Shown piece by piece: positions 1 through 13,378 of a stretch of DNA of 64,000 nt. Each line of letters starts with the position of its first letter. Within the stretch, counting starts at the first letter, position 1. The position numbers and the translations under genes were made by a program. Source of the DNA: Octopus sinensis (taxonomy: Eukaryota); contig NC_043021.1 in the NCBI RefSeq assembly GCF_006345805.1, positions 21,638,001-21,702,000 on the forward strand, read 5' to 3'. Below the pieces are notes generated by a model. The model was not told the origin of the DNA. It did not search any database and was given only the letters and a program-made list of their open reading frames with translations.

Positions 1-485
1 CTTTATTGACAGAGGAGATAAGCTGCCCTTTAGAGACTGAGAGGATCACCACTATATCAAACCGACAGATATCCACAACAATTCCCCCACCTTTCCCATT
101 GGTAATTAGCGTAATTAGGCCTTGCAACAAAGGGGTATTATGATATCTACCTAGATAGGAAGTAATCTTATGTTATGGATTAAGTTTCTTAAACTACACA
201 AAAAGGAAAATTATTACTAAAGTAATTCTACAGTTTTAAAGATGGTTTATTGTTATCTGAATTGAGAGTTATTTGCCGAGAGAAAAGTGGAGAGGCAGAA
301 ATACAAGGCTTTTAGAACCACGTGTAGCTTTGGTGATCTTTTAATGTGGTCTTCGGAAAAAAACCTGGATCTTGTATTAAAAATTAGTTTTGTTTATTAT
401 GTATACTTGAAACACATCTTCACCATCTCCATCTCTCTTTCTCACACACACACACACACACACTCACTCACTCTCTCTCCCTCCC

Positions 486-978
486 TTGCATAAGATCTGG
501 TCATCAAATCTAAGTAGAGACTTCAAACTTGAAATCTTCAAAGCCACAGTCGAACCAATTCTACTATATGGCTCAGAAACCTGGACGTTATCAAAGAAGC
601 TTGAGAAGCGGTTGGATGGAACCTACACTCGCCTCCTTATGAGAGCTCAAAATCTCTCGTGGAAGCGCCATCCAACCAAAATGCAAATATATGGGAAACT
701 ATCACCTGTGTCATCTCTTGTGAAAGGTAGGAGAGTCCAGTTTGCTGGACATTGTTGTAGAGCTGAAAAAGAGGTAATTTCTACTCTTCTCCTCTGGAAG
801 CCATCTACTCGCAATGCCAGAGGGCGCACACTCTCCTACCCTGATGTAATCTCCAGGGATACAGGCATCCAGCAACAGGACCTCCATAATGCCATGATGG
901 ACTGTGAAGTCTGGCATAGCATGGTAAATTCCATTGTCTCGACCACGGTCGAACAATGATGATGATGATGATGATGAT
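486..978 (+). mobile_element. 5'-truncated RTE/RTEX-type LINE, C-terminal part of the RT ORF with (GAT)n tail
   Basis: Open frame of 157 codons with motifs typical of the RTE RT C-terminus (IFKATVEPILLYGSETWTL; RRVQFAGHC; RGRTLSYPDVISRDTG). The stop TGA is the first unit of the (GAT)n tail at 957-978. Confidence 0.85.
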
Positions 979-1139
979 GCGCTCTCTAAATGAGGTGGCT
1001 GTGTACCTCTTCTCCTTCAAAATGGTGTTTTTTACATGCCACCTGCACAGGAGCCAGTCCACAGGCACTAGCAGCAACCTTGGTCGAATGTTTTCTCACG
1101 TGCCACCGGAACAAGTGCCAGTAGAAAGTTGGGGCAAAA

Positions 1140-1299
1140 TAGTACAACAGGGGTTACCCCCCCCCCCCCTGCCAGAGCCTCATAGAGCTTTTAGATGTTT
1201 TCGCTCAATAAACACACACAACGCCCGGTCTAGGAATCGAAACCACGATCCTCTGACCGTGAATCCGTTGCCCTAACCACTGGGCCATTGCACCTCCAC
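1140..1299 (-). mobile_element. tRNA-derived SINE, 5' part (family of 36642-36944)
   Basis: Reverse complement carries A-box TGGCCCAGTGG and B-box GTTTCGATTCC. Matches 4672-4838 and 36642-36944. Confidence 0.75.
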
Positions 1300-1831
1300 A
1301 TCATCATCATCATCATCATCATCATTATTACTATTATTATTATTATTATTATTATCATTATTATTATAAGTAACAATAACAGTTTTTGAGTGGATTTGAA
1401 AATCGATTACATTGACTTCAATATTTGTCAGATACTTACATCATCAATCCCAGAGAAGATAAAATGCAAAGTCAACCTCTGCAGAATTTGAACTCAGAAT
1501 GTGGAGATGAACAAAATGCATCACATAAAGGACAAAGCACTTGGTGGCATTTCTTCCGGCATTCCTGAATTGAAATGCCGTTGAGGCTGATTTTGTCTTT
1601 CATCCTTTTGGGGATTGATAAAATAAAGTACCAGTTATGTACTAGGGTTGATCTAATCAGCTAACTTCCTATGTGAATAAATGCTGGCCTTGTACCAAAA
1701 CTGGAAGACTCCTTAGCCCACTGGACAAAATTTTTTAACAGGCTTTCCTGCTTCTTTATGTTCTGAGTTCAAATTCTGCCAAGGTCAACTTTGCCTTTCA
1801 TCCTTTTGGAGTCGATAAAACAAAAACTGCT

Positions 1832-2466
1832 AGTCTTTATTTTTTATCTTTTACTTGTTTCAGTCATTTGGTTGTGGCCATGCTGGGGCACCACCTTGAA
1901 GGGTTTTAATTGAACAAATCAATTCCAGGACTTATTTTTTCCACCCTTTAGCGTTCAGATTATTCCATCAAACATAATGCCTATTGATTCCCATTGATTT
2001 GAATTAATCATGCATTATCTCATATCTTCAAGATCTTGATGGTGTAATTACTTAATGTAGAATAACATTGTAGGGTAGGTGTGAGAGCCTGGATCTGGTC
2101 AGTTTGACCATAAAACAGATTAGCTATTTTGGCCGGATATGGCCGGTTTAAATACAAAAGGGTTAAAGCCTGGTATTTATTCTGTTGGTGACTTTCGCTA
2201 AACCACTAAGTTACAGGGGACATAAACACACCAACACCGGTTGTCAAATGGTGGTGGGGGACAAACACAGACACAAAGACACTCACACACATATATATAA
2301 AACACAGGCTTCTTTTAGTTTCCATCAACCAAATCCACTCACAAGGCTTTGGTTGGCCAAAAGCTATAGCTGAGAACATTTGCGCAAAGTGCCAGGCACC
2401 GGAACTGAACCCAGAACCATGTATTTGGGAAGCAACTTTTTTTACCACCCTGCCACGCCTGCACCT
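1832..2466 (-). mobile_element. Diverged CORE-type SINE interrupted by a piggyBac-like MITE
   Basis: Matches the ~410-bp SINE family on both sides of 1944-2162. Confidence 0.7.
1944..2162. mobile_element. piggyBac-like MITE
   Basis: Ends are CCCTTTAGCGTT... and ...AATACAAAAGGG followed by TTAA. The left TTAA is decayed. Confidence 0.55.
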
Positions 2467-2785
2467 ATAAAGAATATCATTCCATATGCTCACTTTGATC
2501 TTTTCAATTATTTCAGTGTCTTCTGAAAGTGAGACTATGATATATGAACATACCAAAGTGTCTGAAATTCTGGCAATGATCCATAATTGTTCCAAAACCA
2601 TAAAAAGGAAAAAAAAAATGTTTAATTTTCTATTTGCGTTCATTGATTCTTAGATGAAGTGCAAAAACTTGTGTTTTCACAGATTAAGAATTAAATGATG
2701 GCTAACTGCAGCCGTAATGAGCTAATAAAAGTTATTGATTATTGTCGATTGAACCATCACACAGAGCAAGAGATACTAAGTAGCG

Positions 2786-3135
2786 ACAGAGTGAATCATC
2801 AGATTTGAATAAATAAATAACTTCTATGACACATTCTGAGTAGTCCTTCTTCAGCACCAGACAAACACACACACACACACACACACACAAATATGCCACA
2901 TGTTCTTGTTCTTCCGCTATTAACAGTATTTATTGCTTAACAACTATATCCAATAGTTTTTGATGCAACCCAGGATATGCAGTCCTATCTGAGGTACTGA
3001 AACTGCTGGTGAGACAGCTGATGAAGGCTTAATTTTCATTCATTTTTCTTTGTTAAGCAACAGAGTGAATCATCAGATTTGAATAAATAAATAACTTCTA
3101 TGACACATTCTGAGTAGTCCTTCTTCAGCACCACA

Positions 3136-3188
<53 letters not shown>

Positions 3189-3365
3189 ACACACACAAAT
3201 ATGCCACATGTTCTTGTTCTTCCGCTATTAACAGTATTTATTGCTTAACAACTATATCCAATAGTTATAGATGCAACCCAGGATATGCAGTCCTATCTGA
3301 GGTACTGAAACTGCTGGTGAGACAGCTGATGAAGGCTTAATTTTCATTTATTTTTCTTTGTTAAG
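2786..3365. repeat. Tandem duplication, ~274-bp unit x2
   Basis: 2786-3057 and 3060-3365 are near-identical apart from an expanded CA tract. Confidence 0.9.
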
Positions 3366-3862
3366 TTTATCATAAGTTTTTTATCATTAGTGCCTAATTC
3401 GGTAAGAGAGAGGGAAGACGAGACAGACAGACAGACGAAGAGAGGTAAGCCATAGTAAAATTAAAGTAGGAAACTTTAAACAGAATACATCTCGAAGAGA
3501 ATAACAAGCTTTATTGACATCTGTGCATCTGTTTTAAGTTCTATAAGGAAAAGCCAAAATTATTGCAGTGTAACTACTCCAAATTTATCTTAAATTTTCT
3601 AATACACAAAGCAGTAAGCAACAATATTTTATATACACATATATAAGTGTGTGTATATATATAATATATATATATATATATAGGAAGGACATCCAGCCGT
3701 AGAAACACTGCCAAAACTGACTGGGCCTGATGAAGCCTTCCGGCTTCACAGACCCCAGTTAAACCGTCCAACCCATGCTAGCATGGAAAACGGACGCTAA
3801 ATGATGATGATGATGATGATGATGATATATATGTGTGTGCATGTGTGTGTGTGTGTGTATAC

Positions 3863-3898
<36 letters not shown>

Positions 3899-3900
<2 letters not shown>

Positions 3901-4110
3901 CGAGAAGCTTTATAAAAATAAACAAAAGACGAAGGCAGGTGGAATACAAACAAACAATTGTATTAGTATAGCGCTCAGGAATAGAAATAAAACAAGTCTT
4001 TTACGTTTCGAGCCTATGCTCTTCAACAGAAAGATACACAGAAAAGAAACATGGAGAGAAACAAGGAGAGAAAAAAAAATGTGTGCAGAAGCTAGCGAAT
4101 CAACATGGCG
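3899..4110 (-). mobile_element. Short Penelope pseudo-LTR-like repeat abutting (TA)n (family copy 1 of 4)
   Basis: Same sequence at 35256-35461, 58615-58811 and 59442-59550. Contains an HHR-like motif. Confidence 0.7.
3997..4034 (-). ncRNA. Minimal type I hammerhead-like motif with U6 core variant
   Basis: Minus strand: UCUUU CUGUUGA A GAGC-AUAG-GCUC GAAAC GUA AAAGA. Stem I is 5 bp, stem II is 4 bp, stem III is the palindrome ACGU with no loop. Confidence 0.6.
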
Positions 4111-4171
4111 ATATGTATATATAGATGTGTGTGTGTGTGTGTATATATATGTATATATATATACATATATA

Positions 4172-4580
4172 TTCTTTTATTCTTTTATTTGTTTCAGTCA
4201 ATTGACTGTGGCCATGCTGGAGCACTGCCTTTAGTCGAACAAATCGACCCTAGAACTTATTCTTTGTAAGCCTAGTACTCATTCTATCAGTCTCTTTGTC
4301 AAACTGCTAAGTTACGGGGAGGTAAACACACCAGCATCAGTTGTCAAGCAGTATTGGGGGGACAAACACAGACACAAAAACACATACACACACACACATA
4401 CATATATGTACATATACGACAGGCTTCTTTCAGTTTCCTTCTACCAAATCCACTCACAAGGCTTTGGTCGGCTCAAGGCTATAGTAGAAGACACTTGCCC
4501 AAGGTGCCATGCAGTGGGACTGAACCCGGAACCATGTGGTTGGTTAGCAAGCTACTTACCACACAGCCACTCCTGCGCCT
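4172..4580 (-). mobile_element. CORE-type tRNA-derived SINE, full length
   Basis: Head AGGCGCAGGAGTGGCTGTGTGGTAAG (A-box) and GGTTCAGTCCCAC (B-box); CORE-like GGCACCTTGGGCAAGT; central (TA)/(TG) tract; tail (GTAAAAGA)n. Confidence 0.85.
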
Positions 4581-4671
4581 ATATATATATATGTGTGTAT
4601 ATTTTTTTTTTTTTTTTTTTTGTACTTGTTTCAGTCATTTGACTGCGGCCATGCTGGAGCACCGCCTTTAG

Positions 4672-4838
4672 AGTGGTGAAAGAGTACAGCAGGGATCACC
4701 ACCTCCTGCCGGAGCCTCGTGGAGCTTTTAGGTGTTTTTTTCGCTCAATAAACACACACAACGCCCGGTCTGGGAATCGAAACCGCGATCCTCCGACCGC
4801 AAGTCCGCTGCCCTAACCACTAGGCCATTGCGCCTCCA
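4672..4838 (-). mobile_element. tRNA-derived SINE, 5' part
   Basis: Matches 36642-36800 in reverse orientation. Confidence 0.8.
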
Positions 4839-5766
4839 TATATATATATATATATACGATGGGCTTCTTTCAGTATCCATCTACCAAATCCACTCACAAG
4901 GCTTTGGTCGGCCCGAAGCTATAGTAGAAAACACTTGCCCAAGGTACCACGCAGTGGCACTGAACCCGGAACCATGTGCTTGGTAAACAAGCTACTTACC
5001 ACACAGCCACTCCTGTGCCTATGTGTATCCATGCATGTGTATGCACACGTGTGGGTACATTTATGTTTGCCACCCACGTCACCCCTACACAAATCCACAG
5101 GTCGATTACACCTTCGTGACTGAACAGTTCAACAAAAGCAACTGAGAAACTTTAGTGTCAGACTCGTTTGATTTGTTTGACTAAATCAACCAAGGCAGTC
5201 CCCCCCCCCACCCAATTAGTCAAATAACGTAAAAGATTAAAGATGAAAGACAGTTACAATCAGGCGTGCGACAAGGCTGGCCACTTTGAATTTCAGCAAC
5301 GACCAAACTGACAGGCTTCAGCACAATTTCTTTTGCGTTGGGCAAAATTCAACTCACAAAGCTTGATCTAATGCTTTCTTTCTACTAGAGGGATGGAGCA
5401 GGGGGGGGAATCTTTTACATCGATCCCTCTGTTCGACTGGTACTTTATTGCCCCCCCCACCCCACCCCCAGGAATATGAAAGACAAAGAGCCAGAACAAA
5501 GGGTACCAAGACTTTTGTCCAACATGCTAATCATTCAGCCAGCTTGCCACATTTGGACTTTATCTAGTCAAACGCCGTGCTCAAAGATACACGACACTTG
5601 CTCAAGGTACAGCAGATTCGAACACGCGAGATTGGAACTTGGGACCTCACATTCATGAAGCAAACGTCGCGTCCATTCAATCTCTAATTTCCATTTTGTG
5701 CCATGGAAAGTCACAATGGAAGATAGAAAGAACACATTATTGTCTTTGATGCACTGTTATCAGCAG

Positions 5767-5785
5767 TATTAGTAGCAGCGTCATC

Positions 5786-5816
<31 letters not shown>

Positions 5817-5970
5817 TAGTAGTAGTAGCAGTGGTGGTAGTGGTGGTATTGATTGTGTAGTAGTAGTAGTAGTAGTAGTAATGGTATCAGTGATGGTAGT
5901 AGAAGTAGTAGTAGAGTTGGTGATGATGGTGGTGGTGGTGGTAGTAGTAGTGGCAGCAACAATAGTAGTG

Positions 5971-6006
<36 letters not shown>

Positions 6007-6007
6007 A

Positions 6008-6039
<32 letters not shown>

Positions 6040-6095
6040 ATGGTGGTGCTGGTGGCGGCAGTAGCATCATCAGCAGCAGCAGCAGCGATAGCATG
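5767..6095. repeat. Compound (TAG/TGG/CAG)n microsatellite
   Basis: Directly visible. Accounts for the poly-S, poly-V and poly-L ORFs. Confidence 0.95.
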
Positions 6096-6582
6096 AGATT
6101 CCGATTGTCACAATATGCAATTTCAGTTTTTCAAATTAGCTTTTAATAAGTCATCACTTGTCAAATGCATAATTAATTAGCTCCAGTCTAGCCTTTCTTC
6201 GTGGAAATATCGCGTCATGCAAAGGCAGCAAATTGGAAAACAGTGTAACGAGCACACCACACACAGCACTAAATGTCTTTCGGTCGAAATCAAGCCTGTT
6301 TCCTCACCTCATCCACTGTTGTGTTGTTTAATGCCTTTCGGGAATTAAGTGAATGTCATAACATTCTGACTAGCTCCCTCCACCCTAACCCATTCCTTTG
6401 TTTCACTCTCCCCCAACGCCCCCCCTCCTTTAATATAAGGCTTTCCATGTCTTGTCAAAAAGCACCAGTACTGAAGCAATTGTCACTTAGCCATTCATAT
6501 CAGATCTGTTCATAGTAGATATGCTCTCCACCCCACCATCACTCAATCGTGCCATTGTCCATCTTCTTTGACATACATCTCT

Positions 6583-6641
<59 letters not shown>

Positions 6642-6949
6642 CTCCGCTCGAAACGTTAAACCCTCCTTCTTCCCTTCTTTCCTGAGTGTCCAATAATACT
6701 ATATTTGTTCCACGTCCTCGCGTTGTTGTGTTTTTTTGTGTTTTCTTGTTTGGATTAACTTTATACATACATATATATATATATATATAATATACACACA
6801 CATATATATATATAGGTGCAGGAGTGGCTGTGTGGTAAGTAGCTTGTTTACCAACCACATGGTTCCGGGTTCAGTCCCACTGTGTGGCACCTTGGGCAAG
6901 TGTCTTCTACTATAGCCTCGGGCCGACCTTATTTGGATCTTATGGATCT

Positions 6950-7430
6950 TATTTCTTTACTGCCCAGAAGGGGCTAAACATAGAGGGGACAAACAAGGAT
7001 AGACAAAGGGATTAAGTCAATTGCATCGACTCCAGTGCCTAACTGGTACTTAATTTATCGACCCCCGACAGGATGAAGGGCAAAGTCGACCTTGGCAGAA
7101 TTTGAACTCGGAACGTAATGGCAGACAAAATACCTATTTCTTTATTACCCACAAGGGGCCAAACACAGAGGGGACAAACAAGGACAGACATAGGTATTAA
7201 GTCGATTACATCGACCCCAGTGCGTAACTGGTACTTAATTTATCGACCCCGAAAGGATGAAAGGCAAAGTCGACCTCGGCAGAATTTGTACTCAGAACGT
7301 AACGACAAACGAAATACCGCTAAGCATTTCGCCCGACGTGCTAACGTTTCAGCCAGCTCACCACCAATGGCAGATAAAATTCCGCTAAGCATTTCGCCTG
7401 GCATGCTAACGATTCTGCCAGCTCGCCACC
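6950..7430 (-). mobile_element. Deu/Nin-domain tRNA-derived SINE with partial tandem duplications
   Basis: Reverse complement has GTTCAAATTC (B-box) followed by GGTCGACTTTGCCTTTCATCCTTTCGGGGTCGATAAATTAAGTACCAG, which resembles the Deu/Nin domain. The body occurs twice and the head segment twice. Confidence 0.75.
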
Positions 7431-7675
7431 TTGTTCTTTTGGATCTGTCAGTGATGTGGAGAATGGGGGCATGCTGTGCTGGGGCAACAACCTGTCTTCC
7501 TTGCCATGCTGCTCCTTGGTTGGACCCTATCAAATAGTTTATACCAAAGAGAAAACCAACACCCCATTCCATTGGGGTGGGCAACTAAGTCCTTCATCCC
7601 TGATCATTAATGACGGGCAGATATCAGGGCTGAGATGATCCATCCACCCGAGCCAATACGAAAAACAGACATAAA

Positions 7676-7720
<45 letters not shown>

Positions 7721-7832
7721 GTGGTGATGATGATGATGGTGGTGATGATGGTGGTGATGATGATGATGATGATGATGATGATGGTGATGGTGGTGATGAT
7801 GATGGTGATGATGATGATGATGATGGTGATGG

Positions 7833-7863
<31 letters not shown>

Positions 7864-7885
7864 GGTGGTGATGATGGTGATGCAA
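7676..7885. repeat. (GAT/GGT)n microsatellite, expanded tail of a decayed RTE-tailed repeat
   Basis: Directly visible. Preceded by ...CAGACATAAAATGATG, similar to the RTE-like tails elsewhere in the window. Confidence 0.9.
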
Positions 7886-8423
7886 CAGTGTATCTTCTTA
7901 ATCCATTTGATAACAACTCTTCTCTCATTTTACGATATGGCAAAACTTGATTGTTTTCCAAAGTTCATATTTAAATTAAAAATCTTCCATCATGAATTTT
8001 ATGAACACACCTGTTTGTTAATTTACCTTCCTAACATCCACTTCTTAGCAAAGAAAACTGTTCGTTATATTACCAAATCGTCTCCAAAATCTTGATTATT
8101 ATCAAAATTAATTAAAACACATCAGACAGTGTGTTTCCTACAATAAAAAAGAAAAATGAAGTCCAGGAAAGAGTTAAGTAGATTGACCAATTTTGTGCTA
8201 GTGTAATTGTTTGTTTACTATCTCGCATAACAGAACACAACATGGCTAAGGAGTTAAGAAGCTTGCTTAACTACTTCAAGGTTTCAAGTTCAATTTCACT
8301 GCACTGCTTCTTTGACAAGTGTCATTTGCTACAGATTTCTGGTTGATGCACTGCAGCCTTGTGGTTTTGGGTTCAGTCCCACAGCACAGCATCTTGGTCA
8401 AGGCTGACCAGAGTCCTCTGAGT

Positions 8424-8800
8424 ATCATCATCGTTTAGCGTCCACTTTCCATGCTAGCATGGGTTGGACGGTTCAACTGGGGTCTGGGAAGCCCGAAGGC
8501 TGCACCAGGCCCAGTCTGATCTGGCAACGTCTCTACGGCTGGATGCCCTTCCTAACGCCAACCACTCCATGAGTGTAGTGGGTGCTTTTTACGTGCCACC
8601 GGCACAGGTGCCAGACGAGTCTGGCAAACAGCCACAATCGGATGGTGCTTTTTATGTGCCACCAGCACGGGGTCCAGGCGGGGCTGGCAATGGCCACGAA
8701 CGGATGGTACTTTTTATGTGCCACCGGCACAAGGCCAGTCGGGGCGGCGCTGGCAACAGCCATGTTCGGATGGTTCTCTTACGTGCCACCAGCACTGGTA
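8424..8800 (-). mobile_element. RTE-tailed composite repeat with internal ~60-bp tandem units
   Basis: Same tail (GGAAGGGCATCCAGCCGTAGA...CCCATGCTAGCATGGAAAGYGGACGCTAAAYGATGATG) and same GGTGGCACGTAAAAGCACCATCCG units as 36301-36632 and 49418-49734. Confidence 0.8.
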
Positions 8801-8850
8801 TCACAGCTAGTATATATTTAGTAAATGGAAACTGAAGAAAGCCAATCATA

Positions 8851-9067
8851 TGAGGGGGTGCTGAAAAGTTCCTGGCTTTTGGTAAAAGAAAACGCAGGAG
8901 GATCAGTTAATTGTGATTTTATCCAACATATTCCATTCTCAGATTCACACACTTATTGTAGCAGTTTTTCAGTTTTACTGAGTCCTGTAAAAGAACTTTG
9001 AATGTTGGACCTCCAGCCAGGTCTTTTACGATACCCTTAAAGCCAGGAACTGTATAGCATCCCCTCA
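8851..9067. mobile_element. mariner-like MITE
   Basis: Imperfect TIRs TGAGGGGGTGCTGAAAAGTTCCTGGCTTT and AAAGCCAGGAACTGTATAGCATCCCCTCA, flanked by TA on both sides. Confidence 0.75.
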
Positions 9068-9418
9068 TATATATATATATATATTTCTTTACAACCCACA
9101 TAGAGGGGGCAAACAAGGACAGAGGCTATAATAGAAGACACTTGCCCAAGATGCCAGTCAGTGGAACTGAAACCACAACCATGTGGTTGGTAAACAAGCT
9201 ACTTACCACACAGCCACTCCTGCGCCTGCATAAACTGTTATATATATAAATATGTGTGTGACAGGTATGTATGTTTAAGTATTTCAGTGGCATATGGTGG
9301 TTGTCGAATTGGGCGTGCTGCCACAACCCGGTGCCACCAAATTTCAAGCAGGGGCATAATAAAAGTTTTCCATTAAGATTTGATTAAATTAATGAGTATG
9401 GTTAATATTTATAATGAA

Positions 9419-9720
9419 CTAGCAGTATCGCTCGGGGTTGCTCGGGTTTGTAAGGGAAATAACTATATAAGCATTTTTAGAGAGTTACTTCCCTTATATA
9501 ATAGCAAAAAATGCATTAAAAATTGGAAAAAATGGTGGTAAGTTTTTTTTTAAATCGTAGACTCATCGTAGACGCGCACTAATACCCAGAAGGGCTCGAT
9601 ATGAATCACGACTATAAGATACCCGCTTTTGGTTAAATTGCATCGCAAAATGTGGGAGTAGTTAGCAATCTAAATCGTAGGAGACAGACACTCACACAAC
9701 TTCACTTTTATATATAAAGA
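9419..9720 (-). mobile_element. Non-autonomous Helitron, short form
   Basis: Minus strand begins TC, ends with a GC-rich hairpin plus CTAG, and is inserted between A and T. Confidence 0.8.
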
Positions 9721-9887
9721 TTTGCCATTTTCAATGGGTGTGCAGTGCACACCTAGCACACCTGGGGTATAAACACCCCTGAAGAATTTCTATGCATATG
9801 CAAACAAAATTATTCTCAGTAATTCTGGATTTTTCAACATACAAGTAAAATTTTTCAAACCAAAATTTACAGCAAATGAAAGGTTAT

Positions 9888-10293
9888 AGGTGCAGAAGTG
9901 GCTGTGTTGTAAGTAGCTTGTTTACCAACCACATGGTTCCGGGTTCAGTCCCACTGCGTGGCACCTTGGGCAAGTGTCTTCTACTATAGCCTCGGGCCGT
10001 CCAAAGCCTTGTGAGTGGATTTGGTAGACGGAAACTGAAAAGAAGCCTGTCGTATATATGTATATATATATATGCGTGTGTGTGTTTGTGTCTGTGTTTG
10101 TCCCCCTAGCATTGCTTGACAACCGATGCTGGTGTGTTTATGTCCCCGTTACTTAGCGGCTCGGCAAAAGAGACTAATAGAATAAGTACTGGGCTTACAA
10201 ACGAATAAGTCCCAGGGTCGATTTGCTCGATTAAAGGCGGTGCTCCAGCATGGCCGCAGTCAAATGACTGAAACAAGTAAAAGTAAAAGAGAG
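9888..10293 (+). mobile_element. CORE-type SINE, full length
   Basis: Same head, CORE-like box and tail as 4172-4580. Confidence 0.85.
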
Positions 10294-10839
10294 TTCCATG
10301 TAAAATGCAGCAGAATTGGAAAAGATAGTGATGATGTTTGGAATGTTTACACGACATCTTTTCAATGTACACTATGACAACGAGTTTGCTGGAAAAAAAC
10401 GATGAACGAAATGGGGGTTTCGTGGGAAAGGAGTTGGGTTACCATGATACTACCATTTCAAACCCCCCATCACCATCACATACACACACAAAAAAAGGTG
10501 GGGGGGGGCGGAAAAGGCGAAAACAGAAACAAGACAAGGAAGTCGACTTTCAGCTTTGACAACCTTTGATCACACGCTTTGTTTGATCAGGGTTGACTCA
10601 GGGCTAAACAACAGCAACAACACAAAACAATTAACGACAACAGTAATGGTTATAAGAAAAACATCAGGACGAAAATCACAACAACAACGACTACAACAAC
10701 AACAGCAAATACAATAATGACTGCACAAAGAAAACAAATTGACTCCTTTTCTTTTTAGATTTTGTTGTTGTTGAAGTAGTAGTAGTAGTAGTAGTAGTTG
10801 TTGTTGTTTCCCAAGACTGCCTGCCCTACCCATCCCTAC

Positions 10840-11304
10840 CACACACACACGCGGACACACACACATGCACACACACACACACGGACGCACACACACGCAC
10901 ACGGACACATGCACACGGACGCACACGGACGCACACACACGCACACACACGCACAGACACACGGACACACACACACGGACACATACACTGACACACACAC
11001 ACACACACACAACACACGGACACACACACAACACACACACGGACGCGCACACACACACACAACACGGACGCGCACACAAACACACACACACGCACACACA
11101 CACACACACGGACACACACACACACACGGACACACACACACCACACACACACACGGACGCGCACACACACACACACGGACACACACACACACACACACGG
11201 ACGCGCACACACACACACACACGGACGCGCACACACACACACACGGACACGGACACACACACACACACACGGACACACACACGGACACACAGACACACAC
11301 ACGG

Positions 11305-11352
<48 letters not shown>

Positions 11353-11402
11353 GGACACACACACACACACACACGGACACACACACACACACACACACAC
11401 CA
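10840..11402. repeat. (CA)n tract punctuated by CACGGA motifs
   Basis: Directly visible. Accounts for the HTHT and CVCV ORFs. Confidence 0.95.
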
Positions 11403-12236
11403 ACCAGCCATTGCCACTCTTTTGCTTTTCAAGGGAAAGAAATAAAAATGATTAGCAATTGTAACTCGGTGCCAATTAGAAGTATTTTAAATACCATTAT
11501 CAATTATGCTGGAATTCTTTGATGCCAGCGAAGACAGCCAGTTATAGTTTATAAATATCACAATAACCATAATATATGGAACAATCAGTTTGAGGTTTTG
11601 GAAGTGGTTGACGAGGCCCGAGGCCCGGTGGGGGAGGAAATGGCGGAGGGATATTACGCTTCTGTTTCTTTCTTAATTTTTTTCTTCTTTTGTTTGTTTC
11701 TTTTTGTTGCAAGGCGAGGTGGGGTGGGGGTGGGGTTGTTAAGGATGTTATATTTTTTTGTTGGGGTGAAGGAGGGAGTTGGGGAAGGGTGTCGTGTGAT
11801 TTTTGTTTTTGTTTTTGGGAGGGATTGTTGGTGCTTTTGATGTCTCGTGTGTTTTTATTTGTCGTTTTAATTTTTTGTCCTATTTACTTTTTATTTTGGG
11901 CTATTTTTATTTTATTTTATTTTATTTTATTTTATTTTATTTTTTTATTTTATTTCTGTTTTTTTTTTTCCTTTATTTTTGGCTAAGAGGGAGGGCGAGT
12001 ATCGTTGTTTTTTTAATGTTTTTTGTTGTGTTGGTTTTTTTCTAAAGTCTGCCATACGTACACACGCACACAAACACGCGTATGCGTACACAGCTGCACT
12101 GATGAAGACATATTATGCATATACTCAATCATGCATGCACACAGGTTGCGGATAGTGTGAGCTTGTGTGAAAGTGTGATGGAATGAGAGAGGGGGTGGTG
12201 AGAATGAGATACCAGGCTGTGTGTGAATCTGAGTTT

Positions 12237-12281
<45 letters not shown>

Positions 12282-12891
12282 GCACAGACAGAATATGTGT
12301 AAGAGCGGAGAGGAGAAAGCTTTGTATGTATGAAGTTGTTTACAATACTAAGTGTATGTATTTGTACAATGCTTTTCATATGTGTTTGCAGAAGCTTTCG
12401 TATACACAGAAGGGCAGACAAGACCATGTAGGTGGATACAGGACAATGTATGTATATCTTTTATCTTTAAGTCTGCTCTGTAAAGTGGTTAGCATTAGGA
12501 AGGGCATCCAGACACAAAAACCATGCCAAAACAGACAGTAGAACTTGATGCCAGCACCTGCCAAACCATCCAAACCATGCCAGTAGGTAAAACAGACATT
12601 AAGATGATGATGATGATGGTTAATAACAGATTTTATGTATGTTTTTCAATAGTTAAGATGGCCTTGGATTTTCCATATTGTAATGAATGGCATGACATTA
12701 GAACTCTCTGTTCCCAAGTAGAGGCACACGAAGGAAGCAAATGAGAATAAGAAGACGACATGTGATGAACGAGCAGTGTTGTTATGCCCAAAGCAATGGG
12801 AAGCAAGCAATGTGTGATCTTCTCATGGTGAGATGCAGAGGGTTTGCAAGCCAGTACCTCTGCAGAGCTTACACATGCTTGGGGAATTACA

Positions 12892-13150
12892 ACCGTGTTT
12901 CGTGGTCTGCTACCACAACAGCTCCTTTATAGGATCCAGTTAGCTCAAGACATCATCAGGAGGAACCACATCCGGTTTCGGTCCCTACTCCTCTACCGTT
13001 TTGACGTGGTGGGGCCCCTCCTTTTGGAGGTGTCTTCAGCTCTGGTGTTGGGTGCATGTCTTCTTTCTTCTTCTTTCTTCTGTTCCCTGGCCTCTTCGAT
13101 GTATCGTCAGCGAGTGTCAGCCGGTGACTGACTGTCTTGTCAAATTTTTC
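12892..13150 (-). mobile_element. Penelope-like 3' fragment with a truncated hammerhead-like motif
   Basis: Minus strand reads ...CCUC CUGAUGA [imperfect long stem II] GAAAC ACG GU and ends at the junction with the HERO-like sequence. Confidence 0.4.
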
Positions 13151-13163
13151 CCTTTAAATACCT

Positions 13164-13378
13164 ATTTCTTTATTACCCACAAGGGGCCAAACAAGGACAG
13201 ACATAGGTATTAAGTCGATTACATCGACCCCAGTGCGTAACTGGTACTTAATTTATCAACCCCGAAAGGATGACAGGCAAAGTCGACCTCGGCGGAATTT
13301 GAACTCACAACGTAATGCAGACGAAATACCGCTAAGCATTTCACCCGGTGTGCTAACGTTTCTGCCAGCTTGCCGCCT
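13164..13378 (-). mobile_element. Deu/Nin-domain SINE
   Basis: Matches 43359-43590 in reverse. CCTTTAAATACCT occurs at both flanks (13151-13163 and 13376-13388), a possible TSD. Confidence 0.8.
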
